DNA of 38,023 nucleotides from the IMG/VR virus record IMGVR_UViG_3300010218_000024, positions 1-38,023 of that record; one strand, written 5' to 3'. The notes under the pieces are model-generated. The model was not told the DNA's origin. It made no database searches and was given only the letters and a program-made list of their open reading frames with translations. The stretch is from a virus. Its lineage: Duplodnaviria > Caudoviricetes. Made by a program: the position numbers and the translations under genes. Positions 18,475 to 27,359 of the stretch are shown here, in pieces (within the stretch, counting starts at the first letter, position 1; each line of letters opens with the position of its first letter).

Positions 18475-20460
18475 TCAGTCCAGCCAGTTATCAGTACCCG
18501 ACAGCCATGTGCTTTCGGGTGGTTGTTCGTCTTGCGCCGCCGGCGCAGGCGATGCCGCAGCGGCCGGCGCAGGTTGCGGCAATTGCGCCGGCGGCGCGTC
18601 GCCAGCATCGGCTTCCGCCGGCGCCGCGTCTCCGGTCATGGTTAGCGGGGCCGTGAACAGATCGCCGTTGACTGGTTCGATCATGCTCTCCAGCTGGGCC
18701 CAGTCGGCGTCGCGCATCGTGTCGAGCCGCAGCAGTGGGTGATACGCCGCAGCGAAGCCGTACACGAACAGGTCGATCACCTCGTTGCGGCGGCCAGGCA
18801 GCTTGCGCCACTGGGACTTGCCGGCGTCGTAGACCTCGGCTGTCAGCTGCTCGAAGTACTCGTCCGTCAGGCCGGTGGGGAAGCTGATGAAACGGTCTTC
18901 CGGGACCGACTCCTCATCAGAGGAGATGTAGTTGAACAGCAGCGACTTCGCGGTGTCCGTGCCGACGTGCCAGAGCTGCACACCACCCTTGATCGTCCGC
19001 CCTCGGTGGTTCACGTCCATCGTGGCTGGACGCCCGATGATCGGCTTGCCGGCGGTCGATGCGCCTTTCACGGCGAAGACGCCGGCATGCCGGTACAGCC
19101 TGGCGTAGTGGTAGACCTCATGCGTATGGTGACCGCCGGAGTCGATTGCACACGTCTGCACACGCATCGAGACGCCGAAGCTGTTCACCAGCGGCCGCTC
19201 GCGCAGCGTGGTGAGACGGGTCCACACGTCGTCCTTAGCCGGGTCACCGTCGATGATGCCGTAATCGATGACCCAGTGCTTCTTGTTACGGCCGAAGCCC
19301 AGGATCTGGTACTCCAGGCGGTTGCCCTGCACGTCGACCGACATGACCAGGGCAAGACAACCCTTCGGAATCGTGCGCAGCTGGAAGGTCTCGCGGCGCT
19401 TCGCGATCTCGGCGCCCTTCACCTGGCCGCTCAGGTCTTCCCAACACTCGGCCAGCTCATTGTTGATGAAGGCCTTCAGTAACACAGGATCCTTCTGCGC
19501 AGCGATCCAGTCGCCCGCCAGCTCTGTCCACGGGCGCCATCCGAGAGGCGCATACAATGACGGCAAGTGGAAGCTGGCCACGCCAGGCTCGCCCTTGGCG
19601 GTCGGCTGCCAGTACGCGCCCTCGTAACCGCGCGTCTTCCATTCGGCTTCGGTGCTGAGCACGCCGCAGTCGCTGCAGAGGTAGCGGACCTTCGCAGGCT
19701 CGCCCTCCGGCCACTTCATCTGCGACCACTTGAAGCACTGGCGCGTGCCGCAGCACGGGCACGCGACCATGTACTTCTGCTGGTCGCCGCGCAGGTAGTT
19801 GCGGTCGATCGGCGAGCTGCCGACGATCGTCGGCGTGCTGTTGCCGAAGATGCGCGCCTTGCGGCCGAAGTTACTCGTCCGCTTCTTGGCCAGCGTCTCA
19901 GGGCTGCCCTGGTTGCCGATGTCGCCGGCATACTCGTCCATCTCCTCGAGCAGAACGTAGCGCATGGTCGAGGACTTCAGGCCGCCCGGCCGGTTTGCAC
20001 CGATCAGCTGCATGAAGCCGCCGGGGAACTTCTTGCGGCGCTTCGTGTTGTCGGAGCCCTTGACGTTCGCGTCACGGATCCGCTTCTTCAGTTCCGCGGT
20101 CGAGAGCCGCATGGGCTCGAAGCGGGACAGCTCCCACTTCTCCGCGTCCTCCAGGGTCGCGAACACGGCCAGGATGTTCCCGGCCGCCGACGTGATCGCG
20201 TGGCCGATGAAGTTCTCGCCCAGCGCCGAGCCGCCGAGCTGGTGTCCCTTCTTGAGGTAGACCTCGCGGTACGGGCTGTCCGGCGACAGCGCGTCCATGA
20301 TGCCGACGAGGTAAGGCGTGCGGCTGTTGCGCCACGGTCCGGGCTCCGGCGTGTCCGGCGGCAGCACACGATACGTTTCCGCCCACTCCGCGATCGGGAT
20401 CCGGCTGTCCGGCCGGATCGCCTCCGTGATGGACCGGATGAATTCGTCGACTGCTCCCAT
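18475..20460 (-). CDS. Terminase large subunit (lambda gpA family)
   Basis: RTPYL, KGHQLGGS, STPT, CPCC...CSDC, SVDVQ, IDSGG and RNEVID motifs. Confidence 0.96.
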   Translation of the reverse strand: MGAVDEFIRSITEAIRPDSRIPIAEWAETYRVLPPDTPEPGPWRNSRTPYLVGIMDALSPDSPYREVYLKKGHQLGGSALGENFIGHAITSAAGNILAVFATLEDAEKWELSRFEPMRLSTAELKKRIRDANVKGSDNTKRRKKFPGGFMQLIGANRPGGLKSSTMRYVLLEEMDEYAGDIGNQGSPETLAKKRTSNFGRKARIFGNSTPTIVGSSPIDRNYLRGDQQKYMVACPCCGTRQCFKWSQMKWPEGEPAKVRYLCSDCGVLSTEAEWKTRGYEGAYWQPTAKGEPGVASFHLPSLYAPLGWRPWTELAGDWIAAQKDPVLLKAFINNELAECWEDLSGQVKGAEIAKRRETFQLRTIPKGCLALVMSVDVQGNRLEYQILGFGRNKKHWVIDYGIIDGDPAKDDVWTRLTTLRERPLVNSFGVSMRVQTCAIDSGGHHTHEVYHYARLYRHAGVFAVKGASTAGKPIIGRPATMDVNHRGRTIKGGVQLWHVGTDTAKSLLFNYISSDEESVPEDRFISFPTGLTDEYFEQLTAEVYDAGKSQWRKLPGRRNEVIDLFVYGFAAAYHPLLRLDTMRDADWAQLESMIEPVNGDLFTAPLTMTGDAAPAEADAGDAPPAQLPQPAPAAAASPAPAAQDEQPPESTWLSGTDNWLD

Positions 20461-21033
20461 TTACTCGTCCTGTTCCTGCAGCAGCCTGCCGATGTCGATG
20501 CTCGCCAGCGCGTCGGCGAGCGCCGACTCCATCAGGCGCTCGCACGCATGCGGATCGTCCAGCGCGGCCAGCTGGTCCTTCAGGCGCGCCGGCACGTTGA
20601 GGACGCCATCGCGGATGCCTCGGAACGTCGTCGACGCGATACGCTTTGCGTCCTCGACCGGGATCAGCTCGCCGGCCAGCTGCCGGTACTCAAGCTCTTG
20701 CTTCAGCGCGCTGAACTTCTCACGCGACGCGCGGTGCGTCCGGTACTCGCTCGTCGAGACGTCGCCTTCGTCGGCCTCGTCATCGGAATCGGGAGCGGCG
20801 CGCCGTCCCACGCTGCCGGGCGCAGCCGGAGAAAGCGATTTTTTTTCAGGCTGGTCGATGCTGACAATGGGTCGCGGCACATCGTCGCTGTTGCGCCAAT
20901 CGCGGTCGGCCTGGTCGGAGTCGATCTTCTTCTCCCCCGTGACCTTGATGTGTCCCGCCTCGATCGCCTTTTGCACCGCGCGCAGCGTCACGCCCGCGTG
21001 GCGCGAGTACTCGCGATAACCCATCAAAGCCAT
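20461..21033 (-). CDS. Terminase small subunit (Nu1-like)
   Basis: N-terminal wHTH (REYSRHAGVTLRAVQKAI) and GELIP motif; abuts TerL. Confidence 0.85.
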   Translation of the reverse strand: MALMGYREYSRHAGVTLRAVQKAIEAGHIKVTGEKKIDSDQADRDWRNSDDVPRPIVSIDQPEKKSLSPAAPGSVGRRAAPDSDDEADEGDVSTSEYRTHRASREKFSALKQELEYRQLAGELIPVEDAKRIASTTFRGIRDGVLNVPARLKDQLAALDDPHACERLMESALADALASIDIGRLLQEQDE

Positions 21034-21034
21034 A

Positions 21035-21081
21035 TGACTACCCTTGTTCTGACTACTGACTACTGACTACCGGGTGACTAC
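21035..21081. repeat. Five TGACTAC heptamers (21035, 21050, 21057, 21064, 21075); probable TerS-binding (cosB-like) sites
   Basis: Exact repeats between the predicted cosN and the terS start. Confidence 0.7.
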
Positions 21082-21109
21082 CCCTTTAAAAGTTTGTAAC
21101 GACACGAAC

Positions 21110-21155
21110 ATCGAGGCGCGAATTACCCACGATAGGCCGACCCCGGGAAGGACCC
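21110..21155 (-). other. Putative cos site (cosQ GGGTCCT at 21149-21155; cosN around 21116-21127)
   Basis: Exact lambda cosQ heptamer; 12-mer GGTAATTCGCGC flanked by the near-dyad ATCGTG/CTCGAT just upstream of terS. Confidence 0.7.
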
Positions 21156-21247
21156 ACGAAAATGCGTTGCACATCGGAAATATGTTGCATATTCACAACA
21201 TGCAGATGCTCGGACGTTGCCTGTGAGAAACGCAGTCGACGCCCACG

Positions 21248-21904
21248 TCACCGCCGGGTCGTCTGGACGGCTTCAGCCCAGGCGCGGACCATGTTCGGCA
21301 CGAACCGGGCCTCGATCGTGGCCCGGCCGACCTGGTCGAACTTGAAGCGCTTCTGGTAAATCGCCGAGTTGGCGAAGACCAGCACGGGCACGATCGTAGA
21401 GTTGCCCGTCCGCGCATAGACACCGGCCGGCAAGGCGCTACCTTTCGGCGCGCCCAGAAAGAGGCGATTCCCCTTCCCCGTCTTGGCCAGGTCGGCAACG
21501 ATGCGCTTGATCCGTGCCTTGGTCAGGTTGCCGTACTGGTTCAGCCCTGCGCCGGGGCCAGGCAGGGCGACCAATGCCCGGCCACTGCCCGCGAACTTCT
21601 GCTCGAATGACTTGAACTCCCGCTTGCCGCCTTCAGCCTCGGCTTGCAGGTACTTGGCCTGCGCATCCTTGATGAACACCGATGCGGAGAGGTTCCTCTT
21701 CGTCGCACCTTTGAATGCCACGGCACGCTGGGTGAATGGCGTCGGCTTGTCGAACGCCTGCGGGATGTACCGATCCTCTGCGGTCTTGGCATCGCGCACC
21801 GTTACGGTCATCGCCTTGGCAATCGCAAACGGCGCCTGCTGGCGCGCCAGGTCGTTCATCCGACTGAGCAACTCAGGCAGTCCCTTGACCTGTACATTCG
21901 CCAT
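21248..21904 (-). CDS. Tail completion / neck protein (gpZ or HK97-gp10-like)
   Basis: VKGLPEL start, PFAIAKAMT and FDKPTPFT motifs, basic composition. Confidence 0.6.
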   Translation of the reverse strand: MANVQVKGLPELLSRMNDLARQQAPFAIAKAMTVTVRDAKTAEDRYIPQAFDKPTPFTQRAVAFKGATKRNLSASVFIKDAQAKYLQAEAEGGKREFKSFEQKFAGSGRALVALPGPGAGLNQYGNLTKARIKRIVADLAKTGKGNRLFLGAPKGSALPAGVYARTGNSTIVPVLVFANSAIYQKRFKFDQVGRATIEARFVPNMVRAWAEAVQTTRR

Positions 21905-21939
21905 TGGCTCACCCTTGTGCACACATCTGTACTACGAAT

Positions 21940-21962
21940 AAAAAAAGCCCGGCGGGCCGGGC
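21940..21962 (-). terminator. Intrinsic terminator in the late leader
   Basis: GCCCGGC/GCCGGGC stem plus T7. Confidence 0.7.
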
Positions 21963-22099
21963 AAACGAACGATTGCTTTGTATCCCCCGCTTTGCAGCGG
22001 ATCGAGACAGGACCACCGCCTTTCGTCGTTGAGAATAAGAGCGCCGGACCACACTGCAGGCCCGGCAAAGCGCGCCACACAAGGAAGCACGGTGCAAAG

Positions 22100-22136
22100 A
22101 AAAAGCCCCGCGTGGCATGGGCCAGGCAGGGCTTTT
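22100..22136 (-). terminator. tR'-like terminator downstream of the late promoter
   Basis: AAAAGCCC...GGGCTTTTT hairpin. Confidence 0.65.
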
Positions 22137-22180
22137 ACTTAAATTCTTTATCAAGTCGCAATGACTTCGATCATGGGCAA

Positions 22181-22210
22181 AATATACATGTGTTGGGACA
22201 TTTCCGTCAA
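22181..22210 (-). promoter_or_regulatory. Putative late promoter (pR'-like)
   Basis: TTGACG-18 bp-TATATT overlapping the stop codon of the late regulator. Confidence 0.6.
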
Positions 22211-23178
22211 ACACTTTCTGTCGGCAAGGCAACTCCGTCTTTGACCAACCTCTCTTCCAGGTGCCGGATCGCCAACTCCTCCAGTTGGCGAAGATGGTTC
22301 TGCATCTTGAAGCTGGCGCGCTGGTAGAGCTTCGAGTTTCCACCGAACGAATCGGAGATGTCCTGGAACGAAATACCAATTTTCTTGTGCTTCGCGAACA
22401 GGCGCCCCAGCATGCAGTCGATCGCCAGCGGCTTGATGCGAGGGAACAGCGGCCGCATCCAGTCGGACAGTCCCTTGATCGCATCGATACGCTCAGCCGA
22501 GAACGCGAAACGCCGCCCGGCCTGGCCGGTAGCGAAATGACCGCCATCCGTGAGGGTGCGACCGTTCGTCCGGTCCAATGCGATCTGCACCTCGCGCTCC
22601 ACGGATTCCGCCCGGGCCAGCGCGCCGCCCTGGTCGCGCACGTCGTCGCGCGCGGCGAAGTACTGCTCACGCACCGTGGCCTCGGTCTCGGCGCGTGTTA
22701 CGCGCCCCTCGCACGCCAGGTACTGGTCTCGCGCCGCCTCGAGCGAGACCCTCGCCTGCTGCAACTTCTTGCGCGCGGCGTCGACCCCGGCCTGTGCACG
22801 CTGCAGCGCGTCGACCAGCTGGAGGCCCGTCAGCTCGTCGTGAGCGGTATCCTCGAACTCGACATAGCCGTACTTGGCTTGTAAGACCCACATCTCCGGC
22901 GACGGCAAGTGCTTGACCGCCTGCGTGATCATCACGCACTGCGCGCGCACTTCGGCGCTGGACAGACCGCCGAAGTTGACCGAGTCGGACGACTCGCCAC
23001 GCAGTTGCTCCAGCCACCCACGTTGGTTGCCATCCAGCCGGATCGACTCCAACACCCGGATCAGCGCCTTACGCAACGGCGCGTCCTGCATCGCAGGCTG
23101 GCTCATCACCACGAACGCCACGTGCACGGCCTGCCCGGCGCTCCCAAAAATCGCATCCATTTCCATCATCGTTCCCAT
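22207..23178 (-). CDS. Putative late-gene regulator (Q-position antiterminator)
   Basis: Last gene before the late promoter and terminator; C-terminal HTH-like segment (SFQDISDSFGG); assigned mostly by synteny. Confidence 0.55.
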   Translation of the reverse strand: MGTMMEMDAIFGSAGQAVHVAFVVMSQPAMQDAPLRKALIRVLESIRLDGNQRGWLEQLRGESSDSVNFGGLSSAEVRAQCVMITQAVKHLPSPEMWVLQAKYGYVEFEDTAHDELTGLQLVDALQRAQAGVDAARKKLQQARVSLEAARDQYLACEGRVTRAETEATVREQYFAARDDVRDQGGALARAESVEREVQIALDRTNGRTLTDGGHFATGQAGRRFAFSAERIDAIKGLSDWMRPLFPRIKPLAIDCMLGRLFAKHKKIGISFQDISDSFGGNSKLYQRASFKMQNHLRQLEELAIRHLEERLVKDGVALPTESV

Positions 23179-23228
23179 CGCTTGTCCTTTCAGTCCTTGG
23201 CGCTCTACGGCGCCGATCTCTCACGTCC

Positions 23229-23468
23229 CTACTTCCGGTCCTTCTGCTCGACCACATACGGCAGCCCTCGCTCATCCCACTGCACCCGGTGCCGTGGCGG
23301 ACTGGGCGTCCCGAACGTGTGACCGTTCTCTTCCGCGTAGAACACCGGCTCACCCTTCCTCGCCCTGCGCAGGACGTCGTCGATATTCTCCCTGCCGAAT
23401 ACCGCCCGGTATTCATCGATCAGCGCCGCCGTCACCGGCATCACATCCCTCAAACTTCCCTTCGTCAT
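23229..23468 (-). CDS. Hypothetical phage protein
   Basis: GGAGG RBS; MPVTAALIDEYRAVFG...FYAEENGHTFG looks like a compact real protein. Confidence 0.7.
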   Translation of the reverse strand: MTKGSLRDVMPVTAALIDEYRAVFGRENIDDVLRRARKGEPVFYAEENGHTFGTPSPPRHRVQWDERGLPYVVEQKDRK

Positions 23469-23487
23469 CGCTTTTCCTCCTCAATCT

Positions 23488-23768
23488 GTCCAACCTCAAA
23501 ATGGTTAGTCCAAGAGGTTGGACGGCTGAGACCCGCATGGATGCTGGGTTTGTCTAACCTCCTAACCTGTCCAACCTGTTTTTTTGTTTTACCAGCGGCG
23601 GGAACCAGCCTTCCCACTCGTCGCACGCGTATACGCGTACGCGGGTGTACGTGCGGGCGCGGCCCGGTTGGCGAGGTTGGACGGTTGGACGAAGCCAGTA
23701 TCCATGCGGGTTTCAGCCGTCCAACCTCAAAACTGCAAGGTTGGACGGATAGCCGTCCTACGTTGGAC
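23488..23768. repeat. Probable replication origin: GTCCAACC/GGTTGGAC iterons and a 63-bp imperfect inverted repeat
   Basis: Seven exact 8-mers (23488, 23516, 23569, 23675, 23683, 23719, 23739); arms 23514-23576 and 23666-23728 match 53/63; immediately downstream of the primase-helicase. Confidence 0.75.
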
Positions 23769-23864
23769 GAGCCGGCGTACCTGGTCGACGCCATCACCTT
23801 TTCCGCCTGCGCAAAATGCGCCCACGATCCCTGGTGAGACGCCGGCACGGCGCCGGCTCGTTGA

Positions 23865-26405
23865 TCAAAACGGGAGCGGCTCATCGTCCCCTCCGGCCTT
23901 GGGTGCCCCTTGCTCCGCTTCCGCCACGGGGCGTTCGTAGTACCACTCGCGCGCGCCACCGGACTCGCGATGCTTCGTCCAACCGAACTTGCGCATGATC
24001 GCGCCCACGCGCATCGTCTCGGCCCGCGCGGGGCCGATCTTCGAGAGCTCGAAGTGCAGCGCCCTGGTGAGCAGCTCGCGCGCCGTGACGCGCTTGAGCG
24101 GCCCGGCCGACATCGGCTTGCCTTCCGAATCGACGCCCTCGCAGTACTCCCATATCCGGCCGCGCCATGGGTCCGGGATCTCGCGATCGTCCTGCATCGG
24201 GCCGATGAGGCGCTGTTGTTGGTCGTACGTCGGCCACCACTGCACACCGGAACGCATCAACGCGATGGCCTCGCCGAACAACTGGTCCCGGTCCGCCTTC
24301 AGCGCCTCGATGTCGATGCCGCCCGTCTGGACTGGCCAGAAGCGCCGGTTACCGGTGCCATCCTTGAAGTACGCGTCCTCGTTCGTCGTCGCGGCGAACG
24401 CGCAGCGACGCGGTACGTTCTTCATGCGGCGGCCGTACGGCTCCCGGAAGCGGTCGACGGTACTGGACATGAACGCCTTGATGGCGGTGACCTCGGATCG
24501 GTTGAATTGCTCCAGCTCGGCGACCTCGTACAGCAAGACGCCCTGGATCGACAGGTAGCCGTCCTTGTCGCCCATCCGGAACGGCGTGTCGGCGAACCAG
24601 TCGCCACCCAGCACCTTCAGGGCGGTCGACTTGCCCTGGCCCTGCCCGCCCTCGAACACCGGCGCGTGGTCATTCTTGACTCCCGGCTTGTAGCCGCGCA
24701 TTACGATGCCGATGAAGAACATCGTCGACACCAGGCGCAGGTATTCCGAATCGGCCGCGCCCCAGTAGCGCGACAGCGCCGTGGCGACGCGCTGCTGGCC
24801 GTCCCAGCCTTCCGCGCAGCGGTTGAAGTAATCGATGACCGGATCGAACTGGTAACGACGTGCCGCTTGCGCGACACCGCGCTCGATATCGCCCACCGAG
24901 GCCAGGACGAGGCCATAGTTCTGGGCCAGGTACATGCCCAGCTCGAAGTCGTCCGATTCTGTCCACTCGCCCGGCGTGCTCGCCCAGGGCGTCTTGCGCA
25001 GCTTGACCTGCAGGCCGCTGAACAGGTCCAGTCCGACCAAGCCGCGCAGCTTGTCGTCCCTCTCTAGCACGATGTACACGTTCTCGCGGCATCCCTTGAT
25101 CCCGCCATTGGCCGTCGGAATCAGCTTGGCCCGCAGGGCGTCGCGCGATCCGCCGCCCGCGCCAGCCGGCAAAGGGGTGGAAGCGGTGTCCGCCTGCCCC
25201 GCCGACTGTTCGTCAAACCAGGCCGGCACGTCGTCGCCGGCCGCCGCGTCATTCTGGTCGGTCGGCGCCGCGCTGCTCGGCGCCGGCGCGCTCGCTTCCG
25301 CCGGTCGCAACCTGGTCGCCCACTGGACGACGTCCTCCTCCGTGGCGCCGCCGGCAATCAGGTCCGCCACATCCCAGCCATCGGGCATTTGCCCGGGCGG
25401 CGGGATGTCGACGAACAGCACGTTGCAGCCCTGTGCACGCAGGATCTCGGCGATCTTGAGCATCGCGCTCATGCCCGGCTGCTCAGCCTCCGGCATGATC
25501 TGGCCGGCGTGCTCGTGGCCTTCCTTGTAGACCTTCGCATCGGCGTCCGCCCACAGGATCACGTCGCGGTCACGGACGGCCGACCAGTCGGATTTCTTCA
25601 CGGCTTTGCCGCCGCCTGACCAGGAAAGGATTTCAAAGATCCCGTTCATGGACGGCAGCGCCGCCGCGGCATCGACGCATTTCTCGCCTTCGACCACCAG
25701 GACGGGCACGTCCGGGCGGTGCGGGCCACGCAGGTACAGCGGCCGCGGCTCGGGGAACGCCATCCAGTGCCATTCGCGCCGGCCTGTATCGGTCTTGGCG
25801 AACACGCAGGGCAGCACTTCCTTGCCCACGCCGTCTGAGCGCCGGAAGCGGTAGATCACGCCGAGCAGTTGGCCGTCCGTGTCGCGGTACTCCCAGTGCG
25901 CCTCGGGCTTGCCTCGGACGAGGTGCGCCTTCGGGTACGGCCCCGCGTCATCAGGCACCGGCATGATCGGCGTCCAGGTCGCTTTTTTCTTTCCCTCGGC
26001 CGGTGCTCCTACCCCTTTGTCCGCTGGCGCAGGCGCGGGATCAGGTCGTGCTCGCGCAGTCTTGGCGATCGGCTTGATGCCGTTGCCGCGCTGGCCGGCG
26101 CCGGGCGTGATCGTGATGCCGAGGCGATCGGCGAGGGCCTTGCAGGCCTGCCCGGGCTTGAGGTCGTGGACGTATGCATAGAGCGAGATCAGGTCGCCGC
26201 CTGCGGCGTCGTCGGAAAAGTCGGACCAAACCCCCGCCTTGGCGCCGGTGAGGCGCACGCGCAGCGACTGTCCGGCTTCGCCGGCCCTCGATCCGATGCA
26301 GAACTCGTGCCCTTCCTGGACGCCTTGCGGGAACCACTCTTGCAGGAGAATCAGAATAGAGTCGAGCGCTGCGCGCCCGACTGACGAAAAATCCTCAAGC
26401 GTCAC
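23865..26405 (-). CDS. Primase-helicase: TOPRIM domain plus VapE-like P-loop ATPase
   Basis: VVEGEKCVDA and WADAD TOPRIM motifs, GWDVAD; Walker A GGQGQGKST, FREPYGR, TTN, GNRRFWPV. Confidence 0.9.
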   Translation of the reverse strand: MTLEDFSSVGRAALDSILILLQEWFPQGVQEGHEFCIGSRAGEAGQSLRVRLTGAKAGVWSDFSDDAAGGDLISLYAYVHDLKPGQACKALADRLGITITPGAGQRGNGIKPIAKTARARPDPAPAPADKGVGAPAEGKKKATWTPIMPVPDDAGPYPKAHLVRGKPEAHWEYRDTDGQLLGVIYRFRRSDGVGKEVLPCVFAKTDTGRREWHWMAFPEPRPLYLRGPHRPDVPVLVVEGEKCVDAAAALPSMNGIFEILSWSGGGKAVKKSDWSAVRDRDVILWADADAKVYKEGHEHAGQIMPEAEQPGMSAMLKIAEILRAQGCNVLFVDIPPPGQMPDGWDVADLIAGGATEEDVVQWATRLRPAEASAPAPSSAAPTDQNDAAAGDDVPAWFDEQSAGQADTASTPLPAGAGGGSRDALRAKLIPTANGGIKGCRENVYIVLERDDKLRGLVGLDLFSGLQVKLRKTPWASTPGEWTESDDFELGMYLAQNYGLVLASVGDIERGVAQAARRYQFDPVIDYFNRCAEGWDGQQRVATALSRYWGAADSEYLRLVSTMFFIGIVMRGYKPGVKNDHAPVFEGGQGQGKSTALKVLGGDWFADTPFRMGDKDGYLSIQGVLLYEVAELEQFNRSEVTAIKAFMSSTVDRFREPYGRRMKNVPRRCAFAATTNEDAYFKDGTGNRRFWPVQTGGIDIEALKADRDQLFGEAIALMRSGVQWWPTYDQQQRLIGPMQDDREIPDPWRGRIWEYCEGVDSEGKPMSAGPLKRVTARELLTRALHFELSKIGPARAETMRVGAIMRKFGWTKHRESGGAREWYYERPVAEAEQGAPKAGGDDEPLPF

Positions 26406-26815
26406 GCTACGGCCTTCTTTCCATGGGCAATGACGTGCTCGCCGATGCGCGATGGGATGGTTCGGTAGTCGGCCGCACCAGGCCGCAACGCAAGTGCAGC
26501 TGGACGATGAAGCGCGCGAAGCGGCTGGAACGGCGCCGCATAAGGACCAGGCGGAACCGGTGCGGCGGCCTCGGCGGACGGCGTCAGGAACGTCACGCCA
26601 CGGTTCGTGAGCGCCACGAGGTCATCCCGGCGCAATACGAGCCGCTGGCGTTCGAGCGGGCCGACAATGAGCCTCTGGAACCGGCCAGGCGTGTCGGACC
26701 AGACCAACTGGGTCATCAAGTCGGCCGGAGTGGCCTGGCCGCCCACATTTTGCAGATGCTGCAGGGCCGTGTACGCGCCGCTGCCCTTGGTGGGGCCTTT
26801 GATCGGCGCGATCAT
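26402..26815 (-). CDS. Hypothetical protein, winged-helix-like
   Basis: Coupled overlaps on both sides; ALTNRGVTFL wing-like motif. Confidence 0.6.
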   Translation of the reverse strand: MIAPIKGPTKGSGAYTALQHLQNVGGQATPADLMTQLVWSDTPGRFQRLIVGPLERQRLVLRRDDLVALTNRGVTFLTPSAEAAAPVPPGPYAAPFQPLRALHRPAALALRPGAADYRTIPSRIGEHVIAHGKKAVA

Positions 26816-27273
26816 GCGACCTCCCGGGGCGCCTGCGGCGTGTAAATCCGGAACACCAGAGCGACCAGCTCGGCCAGCACCTTGTGCATCCGTGCGGCGT
26901 CCGCCTCGAGCATGGCCTTCTCGTCCTGGTCAATCTCTTCGTCGGCCGTGGCCTCCGTGAAGTGTCGCGAGAACGTGCCGAGTTCGGCATAGAGATCGTT
27001 GAACTTCCTCATCAAGACCTCGTTTTCACACGACAGATCGTCCGGCAGCTTGAGGAACACGCCGCCCGATGCGGTAGCAATCGCCTCGGCATACAGCGTC
27101 GTGCCAGACAATTCCTGCAGGGCCAGGCAATGATCCTCGCTAAGCACTTGGCCTTTCGTTTCATAGGCCCGGTTACGCAGTGCGCTGACCGTCATGCCCA
27201 GGTACGCCGCCGCGACCTCCCAGGTTCCGCGAACCTTGCCGATCATCTTGAGTTTTGCGTCGCGCAATTCCAT
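26812..27273 (-). CDS. CII / YmfL-like regulatory protein
   Basis: AAAYLGMTVSALRN HTH, GGVFLKLP and ADEEIDQDE motifs; downstream of cro. Confidence 0.75.
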   Translation of the reverse strand: MELRDAKLKMIGKVRGTWEVAAAYLGMTVSALRNRAYETKGQVLSEDHCLALQELSGTTLYAEAIATASGGVFLKLPDDLSCENEVLMRKFNDLYAELGTFSRHFTEATADEEIDQDEKAMLEADAARMHKVLAELVALVFRIYTPQAPREVA

Positions 27274-27359
27274 ACATCCCCCTACGTTATTTTGGTTTTG
27301 CAAATATTTACTTGAAAGTAAAGTTGCGTCGTTGAAACTTGATATCTGGAAATCGACAA

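Noticed and set aside
21035-21081. Phase-variable tandem repeat
   Set aside because: Only three tandem units, non-coding, and positioned as terminase-binding sites
21963-22100. tRNA gene in the late leader
   Set aside because: No cloverleaf, TTC loop motif or CCA end found; kept only as a candidate structured RNA
23488-23768. CRISPR array or invertible-segment reading of the repeats
   Set aside because: Units are 8 bp in both orientations without regular spacers; no cas or invertase gene; position fits an origin
23865-26405. VapE domain as a virulence factor
   Set aside because: It is the helicase-like part of the phage replication protein; the family name does not imply virulence here
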